Below are positions 1-10,056 of a stretch of 64,000 nt of DNA, one piece after another; positions within the stretch are counted from its first letter, which is position 1; each line of letters opens with the position of its first letter. The DNA comes from an uncultured Candidatus Saccharibacteria bacterium (lineage in GTDB: Bacteria; Patescibacteriota; Minisyncoccia; Phycocordibacterales; UBA1006): assembly GCA_964415895.1 (NCBI GenBank), contig CAYQCC010000003.1, forward strand, positions 3,053 to 67,052, given 5' to 3'. Made by a program: the position numbers and the translations under genes. The notes beneath the pieces are model-generated. The model was not told where the DNA came from and did not search any database. It was given only the letters and a program-made list of their open reading frames with translations.

Positions 1-28
1 TTCCATAATCAATTCCCATGTATTTCAT
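1..28 (-). CDS. ruvX: Holliday junction resolvase-like RuvX/YqgF, 5' end only (runs off window)
   Basis: Minus strand reads MKYMGIDYG..., the N-terminal GIDYG motif of YqgF/RuvX; only 9 codons visible. Confidence 0.6.
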
Positions 29-46
29 GGGTTTACTATAGCATAC

Positions 47-93
47 GAAATACAAATGTGGGATTTGCTGCGCAAATCCCACATTTGTATTTC
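47..93. repeat. Perfect 22-bp inverted repeat with 3-nt loop
   Basis: GAAATACAAATGTGGGATTTGC-tgc-GCAAATCCCACATTTGTATTTC between divergent ruvX and tRNA-Ser. Confidence 0.9.
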
Positions 94-151
94 TGCTTGT
101 ATTTTCCAGACAATTTGATATAGTAGCCACGCATAACCTGCACCAATTCAC

Positions 152-236
152 GGAGGCGTGGATGAGTGGTTTAAATCAACAGTCTTGAAAACTGTCGACT
201 CGAAAGGGTCCGTGAGTTCGAATCTCACCGCCTCCG
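152..236 (+). tRNA. tRNA-Ser(TGA); 3' end is the integration site, CCA not encoded here
   Basis: GGAGGCG/CGCCTCC acceptor stem, ACAGT-CTTGAAA-ACTGT anticodon arm, long variable arm, GTTCGAATC T-loop, G73. Confidence 0.97.
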
Positions 237-1919
237 CATAGTGATACAAAACTCTTCGTTTTGATGATTTAACCCTTCGTATGTAAGGGTTTTTTCATTG
301 CCGAACCCCTCAAAATTGCTCTGTATCATTTTTATCCCAGAAAAGAATACTTCTATTGATTTTTTACTGTAAAATATGAGTTTTTCTTCATCCCATACTA
401 TGTTCGAACCCAGTGCAGTTAACACTCTTCTTTTTGCTTCATACGAACCGTTTTCAATTGTGTTTATTACTGATGATGCAACATCTGTTATTTCATCTAG
501 TTTTTTTACCCATTCAGTATTTACTGGCTTTGAATTATAAATATCGGAGTATTCAATATCTATCTCTGCCAAGAAATCATCTCGTTCTTCTTTTGTAAGT
601 GAGCCTTCAATAAATAATCTTGTGGCTCGTTTCTTTTTATCATCATACTGCTGTTTTCTTTTTTCAATATCTTCAATTTTTCGTAGACCATCTTTTACTT
701 CCTGTTCAGCTATTTCGTGAATATATTTCTTACCCCAATCAATGAAAGGGCTTGGAGTAGAGAGGTTGTCTTTTGCGTACTGAATAAATTCAGTATTTAC
801 TCTCTCTTCAGTCACAGAATGATATTCAAGTTTTTTCTTTTTCTTTCGGTTATCAAAATAATACTGTTGTATAAAATACTTAGGGTTTTCGAGTGTTGAA
901 ATTCGTTTGTTACATTTTGGACAGTGAGTTTTATCTCTATACGCAAATTTATGTTTGCAGTCGCACCATAGTTGTACTTTGATGTCCTGAGAAAGAGTGT
1001 ATCCTAGTGACGAATTAATAAAACCTGTATAGGTCATTTCGTGTTTTTGGTTTTTAGGCTTGTTTCTACCACCCAATATCTGCTCAATCTTGTTAAAATT
1101 GGTTTCGGTAATCATTCTTGGTAGGTTACTATCGAGCGTATGTCTCTCACCTTGAACATAAAAGAAACCTGCGATAACTGGATTATGGAGAAGTTTTCCA
1201 ATATATTCTCGAGTGACAAAATTTCCTCCTAAATTTTTATGTTTCGCTGTTGTAAGTTTTAATTCTTCAACGGCGTATTTATGAATTTTTGTAATGGAAT
1301 ATCTCCCTGAAAGAAATTCCTCTAAAAGTTTTTGGACTTTCCAAAAACGTTCATCATCCACATACCACCAACGTGTTCCTTTTTCTCCCTGTTTTGAATT
1401 TAGGTAACCAATAGTTGCAAGTCCTGAAGGTAGCCCCATTGTACGAGCCTTGTCTCGCTGTCCTCGTTTTACATCTCTACTGAGTGCTAGGGAATACTCT
1501 TTTGATGCACCAAATTTCTGTGCTATGACTGATACGTCGGAACTGTCATCCCAGACTTCAATGTTGTCATCACAAACAGTAATAATCATCAACTTGCCTT
1601 CACTCAAAAGGTCAATGAGAATACCTCCTTCGGTCATATTGCGAGCGATACGGTTCAAGTGCCACGCTAAAATACAGTTTATTTTTCCTGAAAAAATATC
1701 ACTCAACATTTGAGTAAACAGTGGTCGCTTGTGTGCATTTTTTGCAGAGCGAGCTTCTTGGTATTTTGATATTGCTGGAGTGAGAGTTTTATGTTTCTCT
1801 CTCACTTTGTTTATTGCGTCTTCTTGTCCCTCAAGTGATAGTACCTGTCTCTCTCCGTCTCGAGAAGATTTTCTCAAGTATTCAGCAATCTTTAAGTTTT
1901 TATTTTCTAGTTTTTCCAT
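225..1919 (-). CDS. Large serine recombinase (resolvase + recombinase + Zn-ribbon + coiled coil)
   Basis: YLRKSS catalytic Ser motif, Q..SL..Q, LNRIARN, S..LSRDVKRG, GY motif, CDC..CPKC; last codons are antisense to the tRNA 3' end. Confidence 0.95.
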   Translation of the reverse strand: MEKLENKNLKIAEYLRKSSRDGERQVLSLEGQEDAINKVREKHKTLTPAISKYQEARSAKNAHKRPLFTQMLSDIFSGKINCILAWHLNRIARNMTEGGILIDLLSEGKLMIITVCDDNIEVWDDSSDVSVIAQKFGASKEYSLALSRDVKRGQRDKARTMGLPSGLATIGYLNSKQGEKGTRWWYVDDERFWKVQKLLEEFLSGRYSITKIHKYAVEELKLTTAKHKNLGGNFVTREYIGKLLHNPVIAGFFYVQGERHTLDSNLPRMITETNFNKIEQILGGRNKPKNQKHEMTYTGFINSSLGYTLSQDIKVQLWCDCKHKFAYRDKTHCPKCNKRISTLENPKYFIQQYYFDNRKKKKKLEYHSVTEERVNTEFIQYAKDNLSTPSPFIDWGKKYIHEIAEQEVKDGLRKIEDIEKRKQQYDDKKKRATRLFIEGSLTKEERDDFLAEIDIEYSDIYNSKPVNTEWVKKLDEITDVASSVINTIENGSYEAKRRVLTALGSNIVWDEEKLIFYSKKSIEVFFSGIKMIQSNFEGFGNEKTLTYEGLNHQNEEFCITMRRR

Positions 1920-1931
1920 ATAAATTAAACA

Positions 1932-1997
1932 AAAATGAGGTAACGACTTGGTTTCTTTTAGTTGCTACACCAGAGAAAAAGTCATTACCTCGTTTTT
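1932..1997 (-). promoter_or_regulatory. Terminator-like hairpin in the recombinase leader with a large loop carrying the TGCTACACCAGAGAA motif
   Basis: AAAAATGAGGTAACGACTT ... AAGTCATTACCTCGTTTTT inverted repeat just upstream of the ATG at 1919. Confidence 0.7.
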
Positions 1998-2179
1998 ATT
2001 TACAAAAACATTTTTTAATAAGTCTCAAATACGATGTTCTTGTAATTCTCTGATGTAGCACTGCTAATATAGCATTTTTCTTTATCCTTTCCAAAGGGAG
2101 GCTAAAAGCCTGTGTTTACCAGTCTTTTTACCCAACTACTCGATGATTATTTTCGTTCTCATCTGATAACGTAGAAACA

Positions 2180-2425
2180 ATAGTTTCCCTATTCAACATC
2201 ACTGTAACCGTGACGTCACTCTTGCCCCTGTCGGTAGCTTAGCGTCGGGTAGGATTATCATTTTACGCTGTTCCTATTTACCCCGCTTTGTTCTTTATCC
2301 CCACCAACTAGGGTTCCTGCCCTAGCCATCAGCTATAAAGTCTTCACATTTAACGGCATCCAAGGGGTGGCTGTGAAGTTCGCCTACCATTTCCCCTCAG
2401 CAAATCGAGCTAATACTAGCTCTGA
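2180..2425 (-). ncRNA. Candidate structured non-coding RNA/ssDNA element
   Basis: GC-richer stretch with no ORF of 60 aa or more and nested stems (2232-2244/2381-2389, 2246-2254/2272-2285, 2308-2313/2320-2325, 2342-2348/2372-2378). Confidence 0.4.
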
Positions 2426-2459
2426 AATAAACACACTATGTTCATTTCAGAACAAACAT

Positions 2460-2624
2460 TTAAGCTTCTAAAACACGAATTTTTAAGTCTTCTACCATAG
2501 GAACAATAATTGAAAGTCCAATTTCATTTATCTCCTCATCTGTTAATGCTCCATCAAAGTCCTCACCGAAAGTTTTTCGGAGAGCAATTCGTAAATCTTC
2601 AATTGCTTTCTTTGATAAATGCAT
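2460..2624 (-). CDS. Small protein (54 aa), possible element accessory or directionality factor
   Basis: Hand translation MHLSKKAIEDLRIALRKTFGEDFDGALTDEEINEIGLSIIVPMVEDLKIRVLEA*; below the ORF-track cutoff. Confidence 0.7.
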   Translation of the reverse strand: MHLSKKAIEDLRIALRKTFGEDFDGALTDEEINEIGLSIIVPMVEDLKIRVLEA

Positions 2625-2706
2625 AAATAAAAACACAACGTAGTGTTGTGCTTTTATAGTAAACCCATATCGTTATTGTTTATTAAACTAAATCTGGGAC
2701 CCACAT

Positions 2707-3477
2707 TTAGTATTTTTTATCAATTTCTTTTTTTATTTTAACAATATGCTGTTTATCAATATGGATTTTATGTTTTCCTAATTCTTTGGATATTTCAACA
2801 AGTGTTTTTCCTTGAGATTTTGAAATAACTTCTTTAATTTTTGAGGTTTTTGGATTATTTTTTACCTTTTTATTCTTATATAAATTTGTCGTTATGTGTT
2901 GTCTCAAAAGTGGCTTTATGTCACTTTCAAAGTGTTTATCGATAAAGTTAATTAAGTCATTTTTGGTTATTTCTGGGTGTAATAAAATACCAACTGGCTT
3001 TTCGTTAAATAGGTCCTTAGGTGTTCCTATACTTTCTTCAAACCATTCAAAATCAACCACTTCCTGTAATCCATACCTATTGTAAAATTCTGTAATCTTC
3101 TCGCTCCAATCAAAAGATATCTGATTAAAAAATAGGTAGTAAGCAACGATACTTGGTGTAAAAATTGTTATAGGTTCAATGTGTCCTTTGAGTATATTTT
3201 CTTGTATCTCTTGTCTTATTTTTTGTGCTAAGTTGTTGTTTGTTTTCTTATCTTTAGTAAGCAGTTGAGTGGGAAGAAAAAGAAGGTGTTCTTCTTCGGA
3301 CAGGATAATATATTCATCTTCAGTTATTTCAAAACCATCTTCGGGGATATGGTATTTCTGTCTCATTTCCATAATTTTGTTCACAAAAAATGGTGAGTAC
3401 ATAAAATCCTCTAGTACTTTCAAAACTTTTTTAGTTGTTTGAGGGAGCTCCTTTTTCTTTGGTGTAGCATTTTTCAT
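2707..3477 (-). CDS. Hypothetical protein with C-terminal basic HTH-like segment (putative element regulator)
   Basis: 256-aa ORF; C-terminus KTLVEISKELGKHKIHIDKQHIVKIKK; -10-like TGCTATTAT just upstream. Confidence 0.7.
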   Translation of the reverse strand: MKNATPKKKELPQTTKKVLKVLEDFMYSPFFVNKIMEMRQKYHIPEDGFEITEDEYIILSEEEHLLFLPTQLLTKDKKTNNNLAQKIRQEIQENILKGHIEPITIFTPSIVAYYLFFNQISFDWSEKITEFYNRYGLQEVVDFEWFEESIGTPKDLFNEKPVGILLHPEITKNDLINFIDKHFESDIKPLLRQHITTNLYKNKKVKNNPKTSKIKEVISKSQGKTLVEISKELGKHKIHIDKQHIVKIKKEIDKKY

Positions 3478-3720
3478 ACCCCTATAATAGCATTTTTGTC
3501 TTTATTTTTGAAGAAAATTATGATACATTTATATTGCTCAACAAACAAATTTAGTGCATTTCCTGCGAAGGCAGTTTTTGTCGTTGCTCGTCCACGGTAT
3601 TGGCATTCCAATATGAGGAAGATGAGCAATGGCAGAAATGCTTTGTTTGTTGAGCACCTCATTAATTGGGGTGCCAATACTTTGTATTAAGAAGACAAGG
3701 TTTGCACCCATTGCAACCTT

Positions 3721-4368
3721 ATGAAATATATTTATATATTCTTAATCGCAGTATTGGCAAATCTCACTTTTCAAACAAACGCCTTTGCGTATGATTACTA
3801 TTCCGACAACGGAATGAACTACAGCGATGAACAGTTCAAAAGAGATATGAAATCATATATTGATGAACAAATGACCAGACAAGAAAATCAAGAATTACTA
3901 GACCGTATTCGCTCGAAAGGCAATGGTCACACTGATACCGATATTCAGATACTTCAAGAAAAGTTTAACCAACAACAAAAAGACAATCAGATGACATTAG
4001 ACCAAATGAAGCAGATGGTTGATAGTGTAAATGCAGATACGGCTAAATTACTACAAGAAAAAGAAACGTATCAAAATACTCGCACTTTTTGTTTATCATT
4101 AGCAGAAAAATATGCTGTATCTGGAGCTACGAGTGACCTTGTGACAAATTGTAGAAAATACAATGTTGAAATACCGCTAGAGAAAAAAGTTACGACCGTT
4201 GCAGGAAAAGAAAGTGTAAAAGAGGAACCAAGAGAACAAACACTTGATGAAATTCTTGCCAGTCCAAGTAGTTCAACAACGCCTATAGCTCAAGAGGTGT
4301 CACAAAAGCAATCATTCTTTAAGCGTGCAGTTTCTCATATTAAGGGCTGGTTTTCTTGGTTACGTTAA
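3721..4368 (+). CDS. Secreted/exported hypothetical protein
   Basis: Signal peptide ending AFA; coiled-coil middle; amphipathic C-terminal helix. Confidence 0.75.
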   Translation: MKYIYIFLIAVLANLTFQTNAFAYDYYSDNGMNYSDEQFKRDMKSYIDEQMTRQENQELLDRIRSKGNGHTDTDIQILQEKFNQQQKDNQMTLDQMKQMVDSVNADTAKLLQEKETYQNTRTFCLSLAEKYAVSGATSDLVTNCRKYNVEIPLEKKVTTVAGKESVKEEPREQTLDEILASPSSSTTPIAQEVSQKQSFFKRAVSHIKGWFSWLR

Positions 4369-4632
4369 GCTACTTTCTGCTCAGTGACCGAATACGATAT
4401 TTGCCCGAATTTGATGGTGTTTTGTTAAAATAAGTAATTGGTACATTTTAAGATGAAAAACCTTATGAAGAGGCAAATAAGTGGCTTCTAGGTGGGTATC
4501 ATATTATAGGCTTACTGTCTAAAACTTATTATACCTGTCTTGGTTAATCTTCCTTATTTTTTTGTACGCATCCTGTCTAATCCTGTGGAGTTTTTGGTAC
4601 TATATTTATATTATCTATTCTTATCTCTTCTA

Positions 4633-4661
4633 CCCTTGGGTTCCCCTTGGATTTCCCTTGG
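4633..4661. repeat. Three CCCTTGG copies with 11-bp period
   Basis: Copies at 4633, 4644 and 4655. Confidence 0.8.
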
Positions 4662-4740
4662 GTCTAGTATCTCTGGTCTAATCTTACGCAAAGTATCTGT
4701 ATTTTCAGGTCTAATCTTGCATAGATTTTATATAGACTTT

Positions 4741-6018
4741 CTAGTCTAAGACTGTTTTAAGAGTTTCTACTACCTGTAAATTTTCTCTTAGTGCCTTCTT
4801 TACTTCAGCCTCTAATACGTCTTTCCCTTTGTGGATAACCTTATTTCTAACATCTTTATACGAAGAACACCAGTTAGTCCACAACGACTGGTTTTTATTT
4901 TCTAAGGTAAATCCAGTAACTTCTCTTAAAACTTCTTTTAATCTTGTTTTTGTTTTCCAGTTATCGTCTTTAGATATAAAATCTATAGCCTCTTGCTCAG
5001 TTAAACCTTTATTCTTTTGCAGTTTATCAACAAGAAAGTTTTCAATAAAAATCTCAAGACCTTGATAGGATTGAACAACTGCTAATGCGTAGTTTTTATG
5101 ATTAAAGGAGTTTTCAGCATCCAGCAAAAGTAAGTTATACAGGTCTGGCTTTTGACCCTCTTCAAGCATTTTTTCTATTGCCTCAATTTCAACTTTTGAG
5201 CGATTTATAGTTGCCGTTTCTACATTCATTGGAAGAAGATATAAGCCTTGATTTAGTTCAGTGAAATAAATCATATTTATACTTAGCGTACCCAATCTTG
5301 TTATGTATTCTTGCTTAGTGGTAAATCGATAACTATCAATAAGTTTATTTACCGCATCAAGGGCTTTTTCATTGACCGTGTCTATAACTTTTTCTGATAG
5401 CTCTTTATTCTCGAGGTCTTCTTTTTTGACTTCTAAGTTGAACTGAATATATAAGCGAGTAAATCTGAAAATACCGTTTGTGTCCTTAATTTTTTGAAGG
5501 TTGATGCCTGTGTAATTTTGTTCCCAGCCATCACTAGGGTCAATTGGCATTTTAGGAGTAAGGAATTCACTGTCTTTTAAGTATGTAATTCTATCATCTG
5601 CGTAGAAATCAACTTCATCGGACGGTTTTCCGTCTGAAATAGCTTTTTTTGTCCAAATCTTTTGAGGTGTTAAAAGAGCAGCATCATCAGGGGTGTGTAA
5701 TAAGACTTCAAGGTCATAATTGTTTGGTATATGTAGACAGTAAGGTAGATGAGCTTCAACAAATACATTTCCGTAATCGAAATCTTTCATTGCATTTCTG
5801 CCATTAAAACTAAAAAAAGATTGTGCTACAAAAATACCACTTCCTCCTGTTGGGGATGTTTTTGTGATTTCAGTAAGCAATACAGATTTTGCATCATCTT
5901 CATTTAATTGTTTAAAGCTTTCATCTAATAAAGCATTAAAATTAATGAACTCGCCAGTTAAGCCTGATTTTGCTTGCATATTAATATGGACCACTTTTCG
6001 TTTGTATGGGTCTGACAT
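4741..6018 (-). CDS. HEPN-domain protein (putative defence RNase)
   Basis: C-terminal A....Y.GLE helix and RNKVIH (Rx4H) HEPN catalytic motif; divergent from hsdM. Confidence 0.75.
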   Translation of the reverse strand: MSDPYKRKVVHINMQAKSGLTGEFINFNALLDESFKQLNEDDAKSVLLTEITKTSPTGGSGIFVAQSFFSFNGRNAMKDFDYGNVFVEAHLPYCLHIPNNYDLEVLLHTPDDAALLTPQKIWTKKAISDGKPSDEVDFYADDRITYLKDSEFLTPKMPIDPSDGWEQNYTGINLQKIKDTNGIFRFTRLYIQFNLEVKKEDLENKELSEKVIDTVNEKALDAVNKLIDSYRFTTKQEYITRLGTLSINMIYFTELNQGLYLLPMNVETATINRSKVEIEAIEKMLEEGQKPDLYNLLLLDAENSFNHKNYALAVVQSYQGLEIFIENFLVDKLQKNKGLTEQEAIDFISKDDNWKTKTRLKEVLREVTGFTLENKNQSLWTNWCSSYKDVRNKVIHKGKDVLEAEVKKALRENLQVVETLKTVLD

Positions 6019-6136
6019 AATTCATTCATTATATCATTTTTAGGCTAATTTGTAGTGCTATGCAAAATTATTTAGCAAGCTATAAAACCATTATTTTCTA
6101 GTAAAATGATGGTTTTTATGGTAAAATAATACTATT

Positions 6137-7594
6137 ATGTTCGAACAAACTTTTAAAAATATCGATGATATTTTACATAAAGATGCAGGCTGTGGAAGTG
6201 AGCTTGATTATGTAGAGCAAACCTCTTGGGTGTTGTTTTTGAAGTATCTTGATGATTTAGAAGAGGACCGAAAAACCGCATCAGAACTTGATGGAAAAAA
6301 GTATCTTCCTCTCATTAAACCTGAATACAAGTGGAGTGTTTGGGCAACACCAAAACGTAGCGACGGCAAGGTGGACCATAACGCAATGACAGGCGATGAT
6401 TTGTTGGATTTTGTAAACGTTAAACTCTTCCCTTATCTTAAGGGATTTAAAAAATCTGCTGAAAATGCTGATACCTTGGAATATAAAATCGGAGAAATCT
6501 TTAGTGAAATCAAAAACAGAATACAATCAGGATATAATCTACGTGAAGTAATCAATCTGATTGATACGCTACGTTTTCGTTCTGATAGCGAAAAGCACGA
6601 GATGAGCCACCTCTATGAGGCTAAAATTCAAAATATGGGTAACGCAGGGCGTAATGGTGGTGAATACTATACACCTCGTCCACTCATTACTACTATCGTG
6701 CGTGTTGTTGGTCCAAAAATTGGTGACAAGATTTATGACGGAGCAGTAGGAAGTGCAGGCTTTTTGTGTGAAGCATTTGAGTATCTAAAAAATAGCAAAA
6801 GCCTGACTACAAAAGATACCGAGATTTTACAAAAGCAAACATTCTATGGGAAAGAGAAAAAGTCTCTCGCATATATCATTGGTATTATGAATATGATTTT
6901 GCACGGTATTGAAGCGCCAAACATTATCCATACCAATACACTTGCAGAAAATCTTGCAGATATTCAAGAAAAGGACCGTTACGATGTGGTTCTTGCAAAC
7001 CCTCCTTTTGGTGGAAAAGAACGCGCAGAGGTCCAACAAAACTTTCCCATAAAAACAAGCGAGACAGCATCGCTTTTCTTGCAACATTTTATCAAGATTT
7101 TACGTGCTGGTGGACGTGCGGGTATTGTCATTAAAAATACATTTCTTAGTAACACTGACAATGCCAGCATTGCGCTTCGTAAGCAACTCCTCGAAAACTG
7201 TAACCTTCACACGGTACTTGATTTGCCAGGTGGGACCTTTACGGGTGCTGGTGTTAAAACAGTTGTGTTATTTTTCCAAAAAGGAACCCCTACACGCAAG
7301 GTGTGGTTTTATCAATTAAATCTCGACCGTAATTTAGGAAAAACTAATCCATTAAGTGAAAAGGATTTGGCTGAATTTGTAACACTACAAAAAACCTTTG
7401 CTGACAGTGATAATTCGTGGAATGTTGATGTTTCTACTATCGACCAAAATACTTTTGATTTGAGTGTAAAAAACCCTCATAAAAAGGAAGAGAAAGGATT
7501 TCGTGAACCAAAAGAGATTTTGAAAGAAATTGAAATACTTGATAAGCAAAGTAAAGATATAGTCGGGGGTATTCTGAAGTTAATCAATCCTTAA
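6137..7594 (+). CDS. hsdM: Type I RM methyltransferase subunit M
   Basis: GEYYTPR, DGAVGSAGFL motif I, NPPF motif IV. Confidence 0.95.
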   Translation: MFEQTFKNIDDILHKDAGCGSELDYVEQTSWVLFLKYLDDLEEDRKTASELDGKKYLPLIKPEYKWSVWATPKRSDGKVDHNAMTGDDLLDFVNVKLFPYLKGFKKSAENADTLEYKIGEIFSEIKNRIQSGYNLREVINLIDTLRFRSDSEKHEMSHLYEAKIQNMGNAGRNGGEYYTPRPLITTIVRVVGPKIGDKIYDGAVGSAGFLCEAFEYLKNSKSLTTKDTEILQKQTFYGKEKKSLAYIIGIMNMILHGIEAPNIIHTNTLAENLADIQEKDRYDVVLANPPFGGKERAEVQQNFPIKTSETASLFLQHFIKILRAGGRAGIVIKNTFLSNTDNASIALRKQLLENCNLHTVLDLPGGTFTGAGVKTVVLFFQKGTPTRKVWFYQLNLDRNLGKTNPLSEKDLAEFVTLQKTFADSDNSWNVDVSTIDQNTFDLSVKNPHKKEEKGFREPKEILKEIEILDKQSKDIVGGILKLINP

Positions 7595-7599
7595 GATAT

Positions 7600-8832
7600 A
7601 TGCTTACAAATACCACAACAAATACATTTAACTTATCGCAAGATAACATTGAAGATATTGCAATTAATACTTCAAATGACGGAGAAACCTGCTATATTTC
7701 GAGAGCAGACAACAGAACCATATTTTATGGTGATTTTATTATTTACGATGGACCAAAAGTAAAAAAGTGTTGTAGTGTTACCTTTCAAAAAAGTAGCAAG
7801 ACGACAAAGTTTATACCTAGATTGGTTTTTTATAAAATCAACCAAGAAGGTAATATCGTAGACACGAATAGTCAGAAAGTAAACATTGAATTTAATCAAT
7901 CAGAAACAGGGCTATTTGAGTTTTGGAAGCTAATCTCATTCCTTAAGGGGTATAAAGACTTGATTGATGTCGGTGACTTTGATGAAAAGTATAAAGTTAT
8001 TGATAATTCTTTGTACATTGCAGAATTTAAAAATAAACAAGAATTTGATAAGGTACAAGAATTAAAAAAGCTAGATATTGATGAGGATACTCTTAAATCA
8101 TATTTAGCAGATAAACGAAAAGATGATTTAGTTTTATTTGCACAACTTTTAGCCGATAATAAGGCTAGAGAAGATTATCGAACTCAATACAATGTTACAA
8201 AGCAAGGAGATGAGGCAATATGGCATCATTTCTTAAAAAATAGAACTTGGATATTGGGCTTAAATACAGAACTTAAGTTTATTCAGGACTTTGCCGATGA
8301 GGTCCACGTTGGTAATCCTGATACAACAAACAAAGGAAATCCAACCACTGATTTAATGGGTATTTCAGACTATACCACCCTTGTTGAGCTAAAAACCTCT
8401 GAAACTAAGTTCTTTACAGAAACTAAAACATCAAATTCTCGAGCTGGTACTTGGTCTTTTTCCGCAGAGTTTATTGAGGGTATAAGTCAATGCTTATCTC
8501 AAAAAAATAGTTGGGATAAAAATCAGGGTTCTAAGCAATTAGTTGTTGATGGAAGCGTTAAAGACCAAAACGTTTATAGAACTACTGACCCAAACACTGT
8601 ATTTATTATCGGAAACAAAGAAAAAGAATTACCCAAAAACCAAACAACTCCAGATATTCTCGTAAAAAGAGATACACTTGAAAGATTTCGTCGAAATAGT
8701 CGAAATGTTGTTATCATTTCATATGATGAGCTTTACCAAAAGGCTTATTATATAGTTCACCATACAACTGCTCCAGATTTGGTGTACGATAATGAAAAAT
8801 TATCAGAAGACACTAATAGTATCCCATTTTAA
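7600..8832 (+). CDS. sduA: Shedu (SduA/DUF4263) anti-phage nuclease with N-terminal extension
   Basis: FL..RTWILG, D..(n)..LVELKT, GISQCL, IIG, ERFRRNSRNV.IISYDEL motifs. Confidence 0.85.
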   Translation: MLTNTTTNTFNLSQDNIEDIAINTSNDGETCYISRADNRTIFYGDFIIYDGPKVKKCCSVTFQKSSKTTKFIPRLVFYKINQEGNIVDTNSQKVNIEFNQSETGLFEFWKLISFLKGYKDLIDVGDFDEKYKVIDNSLYIAEFKNKQEFDKVQELKKLDIDEDTLKSYLADKRKDDLVLFAQLLADNKAREDYRTQYNVTKQGDEAIWHHFLKNRTWILGLNTELKFIQDFADEVHVGNPDTTNKGNPTTDLMGISDYTTLVELKTSETKFFTETKTSNSRAGTWSFSAEFIEGISQCLSQKNSWDKNQGSKQLVVDGSVKDQNVYRTTDPNTVFIIGNKEKELPKNQTTPDILVKRDTLERFRRNSRNVVIISYDELYQKAYYIVHHTTAPDLVYDNEKLSEDTNSIPF

Positions 8833-8835
8833 TTT

Positions 8836-10047
8836 ATGAAAACTAACTGGGAAATAAAAAAGCTAGATGAATTATACAGGGTTGGCTCGAGTAAACGAGT
8901 GCTAAAGTCTCAATGGAAAACCAAAGGGGTGCCTTTTTATAGAGGTAGAGAGATAACACGTCTTTCCAATGATGGTTTTGTTGAAAATGAGTTGTATATT
9001 TCTGAAGAGCACTATACTGAACTTTTAGAAAAAACAGGTGTTCCAGTTGCTGGGGATATTGTTATTACTGCAATTGGGACAATCGGAAATACGTATATAG
9101 TTCGTGATACAGATAAGTTTTATTTTAAAGATGCGAGCGTTTTGTGGCTTAAAAAAATCTCCGATGTAAGTAGTGAGTTTTTGAGATATTTTTTGAAATC
9201 ATCATTATTTTTCAATCAATTAAGCAAAGGAAATGGTGCAACCGTTGACACCCTAACAATAGAAAAGTTGCAAGGAATTAAACTACCCTTGCCCTCTTTA
9301 ATTGAACAAAAACGCATTGTTTCCATTCTAGATAAAGCTTTTAGTGAAATTGAAAAAGCAAAAACAAATGCTGAGCAAAACCTCAAAAATGCGAAAGAGC
9401 TTTTTGAAAGTTATTTACAAGGGGTGTTTGAGAATAAAGGTGAAGATTGGGAAGAGAAAACATTAGGAGAGGTTTTAGTAAAAACAGAAACTGTTGACCC
9501 AACCAAAAAACCAAATAAAGAGTTTATTTATCTTGATGTTTCAAGTGTAAATAAGGAAACCAAAGAAATTGAAAATGCTACCGTTTTGCTTGGCAAAGAT
9601 GCACCAAGCCGAGCTAGAAAGTTGGTTAGAACTAACGATGTTATTTTTGCTACTGTTAGACCAACTCATAGTAGAGTTGCTCTAATTACTGATGAGTATG
9701 ATGAACAAGTTTGTAGCACAGGTTATTTTGTTTTAAGAGCAAAGGATTTTCTTAATAATAATTTTGTGTTCTATTTTCTTCTTACATACGGTTTCAATAA
9801 ACAGATGGAAAAACTTCAAAAAGGAGCAAGTTATCCTGCTGTAACTGATGCAGAAGTCAAAAGCATTGTAATACCTTTTCCAAAATCAAAAGAAGAACAA
9901 CAAGCAACCATTCAAAAATTAGATACCCTGCGAGCCGAAACCAAAAAACTTGAAGAAATATACAGAAATAAAATTACAGACTGCGAAGAACTCAAAAAGT
10001 CGATTTTACACAAAGCCTTTACTGGCGAATTATCAACCCCTAACTAA
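8836..10047 (+). CDS. hsdS: Type I RM specificity subunit S
   Basis: Two TRDs, each followed by a P....EQ..I...LD helix; ends LKKSILHKAFTGEL. Confidence 0.95.
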   Translation: MKTNWEIKKLDELYRVGSSKRVLKSQWKTKGVPFYRGREITRLSNDGFVENELYISEEHYTELLEKTGVPVAGDIVITAIGTIGNTYIVRDTDKFYFKDASVLWLKKISDVSSEFLRYFLKSSLFFNQLSKGNGATVDTLTIEKLQGIKLPLPSLIEQKRIVSILDKAFSEIEKAKTNAEQNLKNAKELFESYLQGVFENKGEDWEEKTLGEVLVKTETVDPTKKPNKEFIYLDVSSVNKETKEIENATVLLGKDAPSRARKLVRTNDVIFATVRPTHSRVALITDEYDEQVCSTGYFVLRAKDFLNNNFVFYFLLTYGFNKQMEKLQKGASYPAVTDAEVKSIVIPFPKSKEEQQATIQKLDTLRAETKKLEEIYRNKITDCEELKKSILHKAFTGELSTPN

Positions 10048-10056
10048 TCAATTCAT

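Noticed and set aside
3439-3690. ORFs 3439..3690 and 3474..3677
   Set aside because: They span a divergent promoter region with no recognisable protein features
8836-10047. Phase-variable hsdS shufflon driven by the recombinase
   Set aside because: Single hsdS; no silent TRD copies or flanking inverted repeats seen
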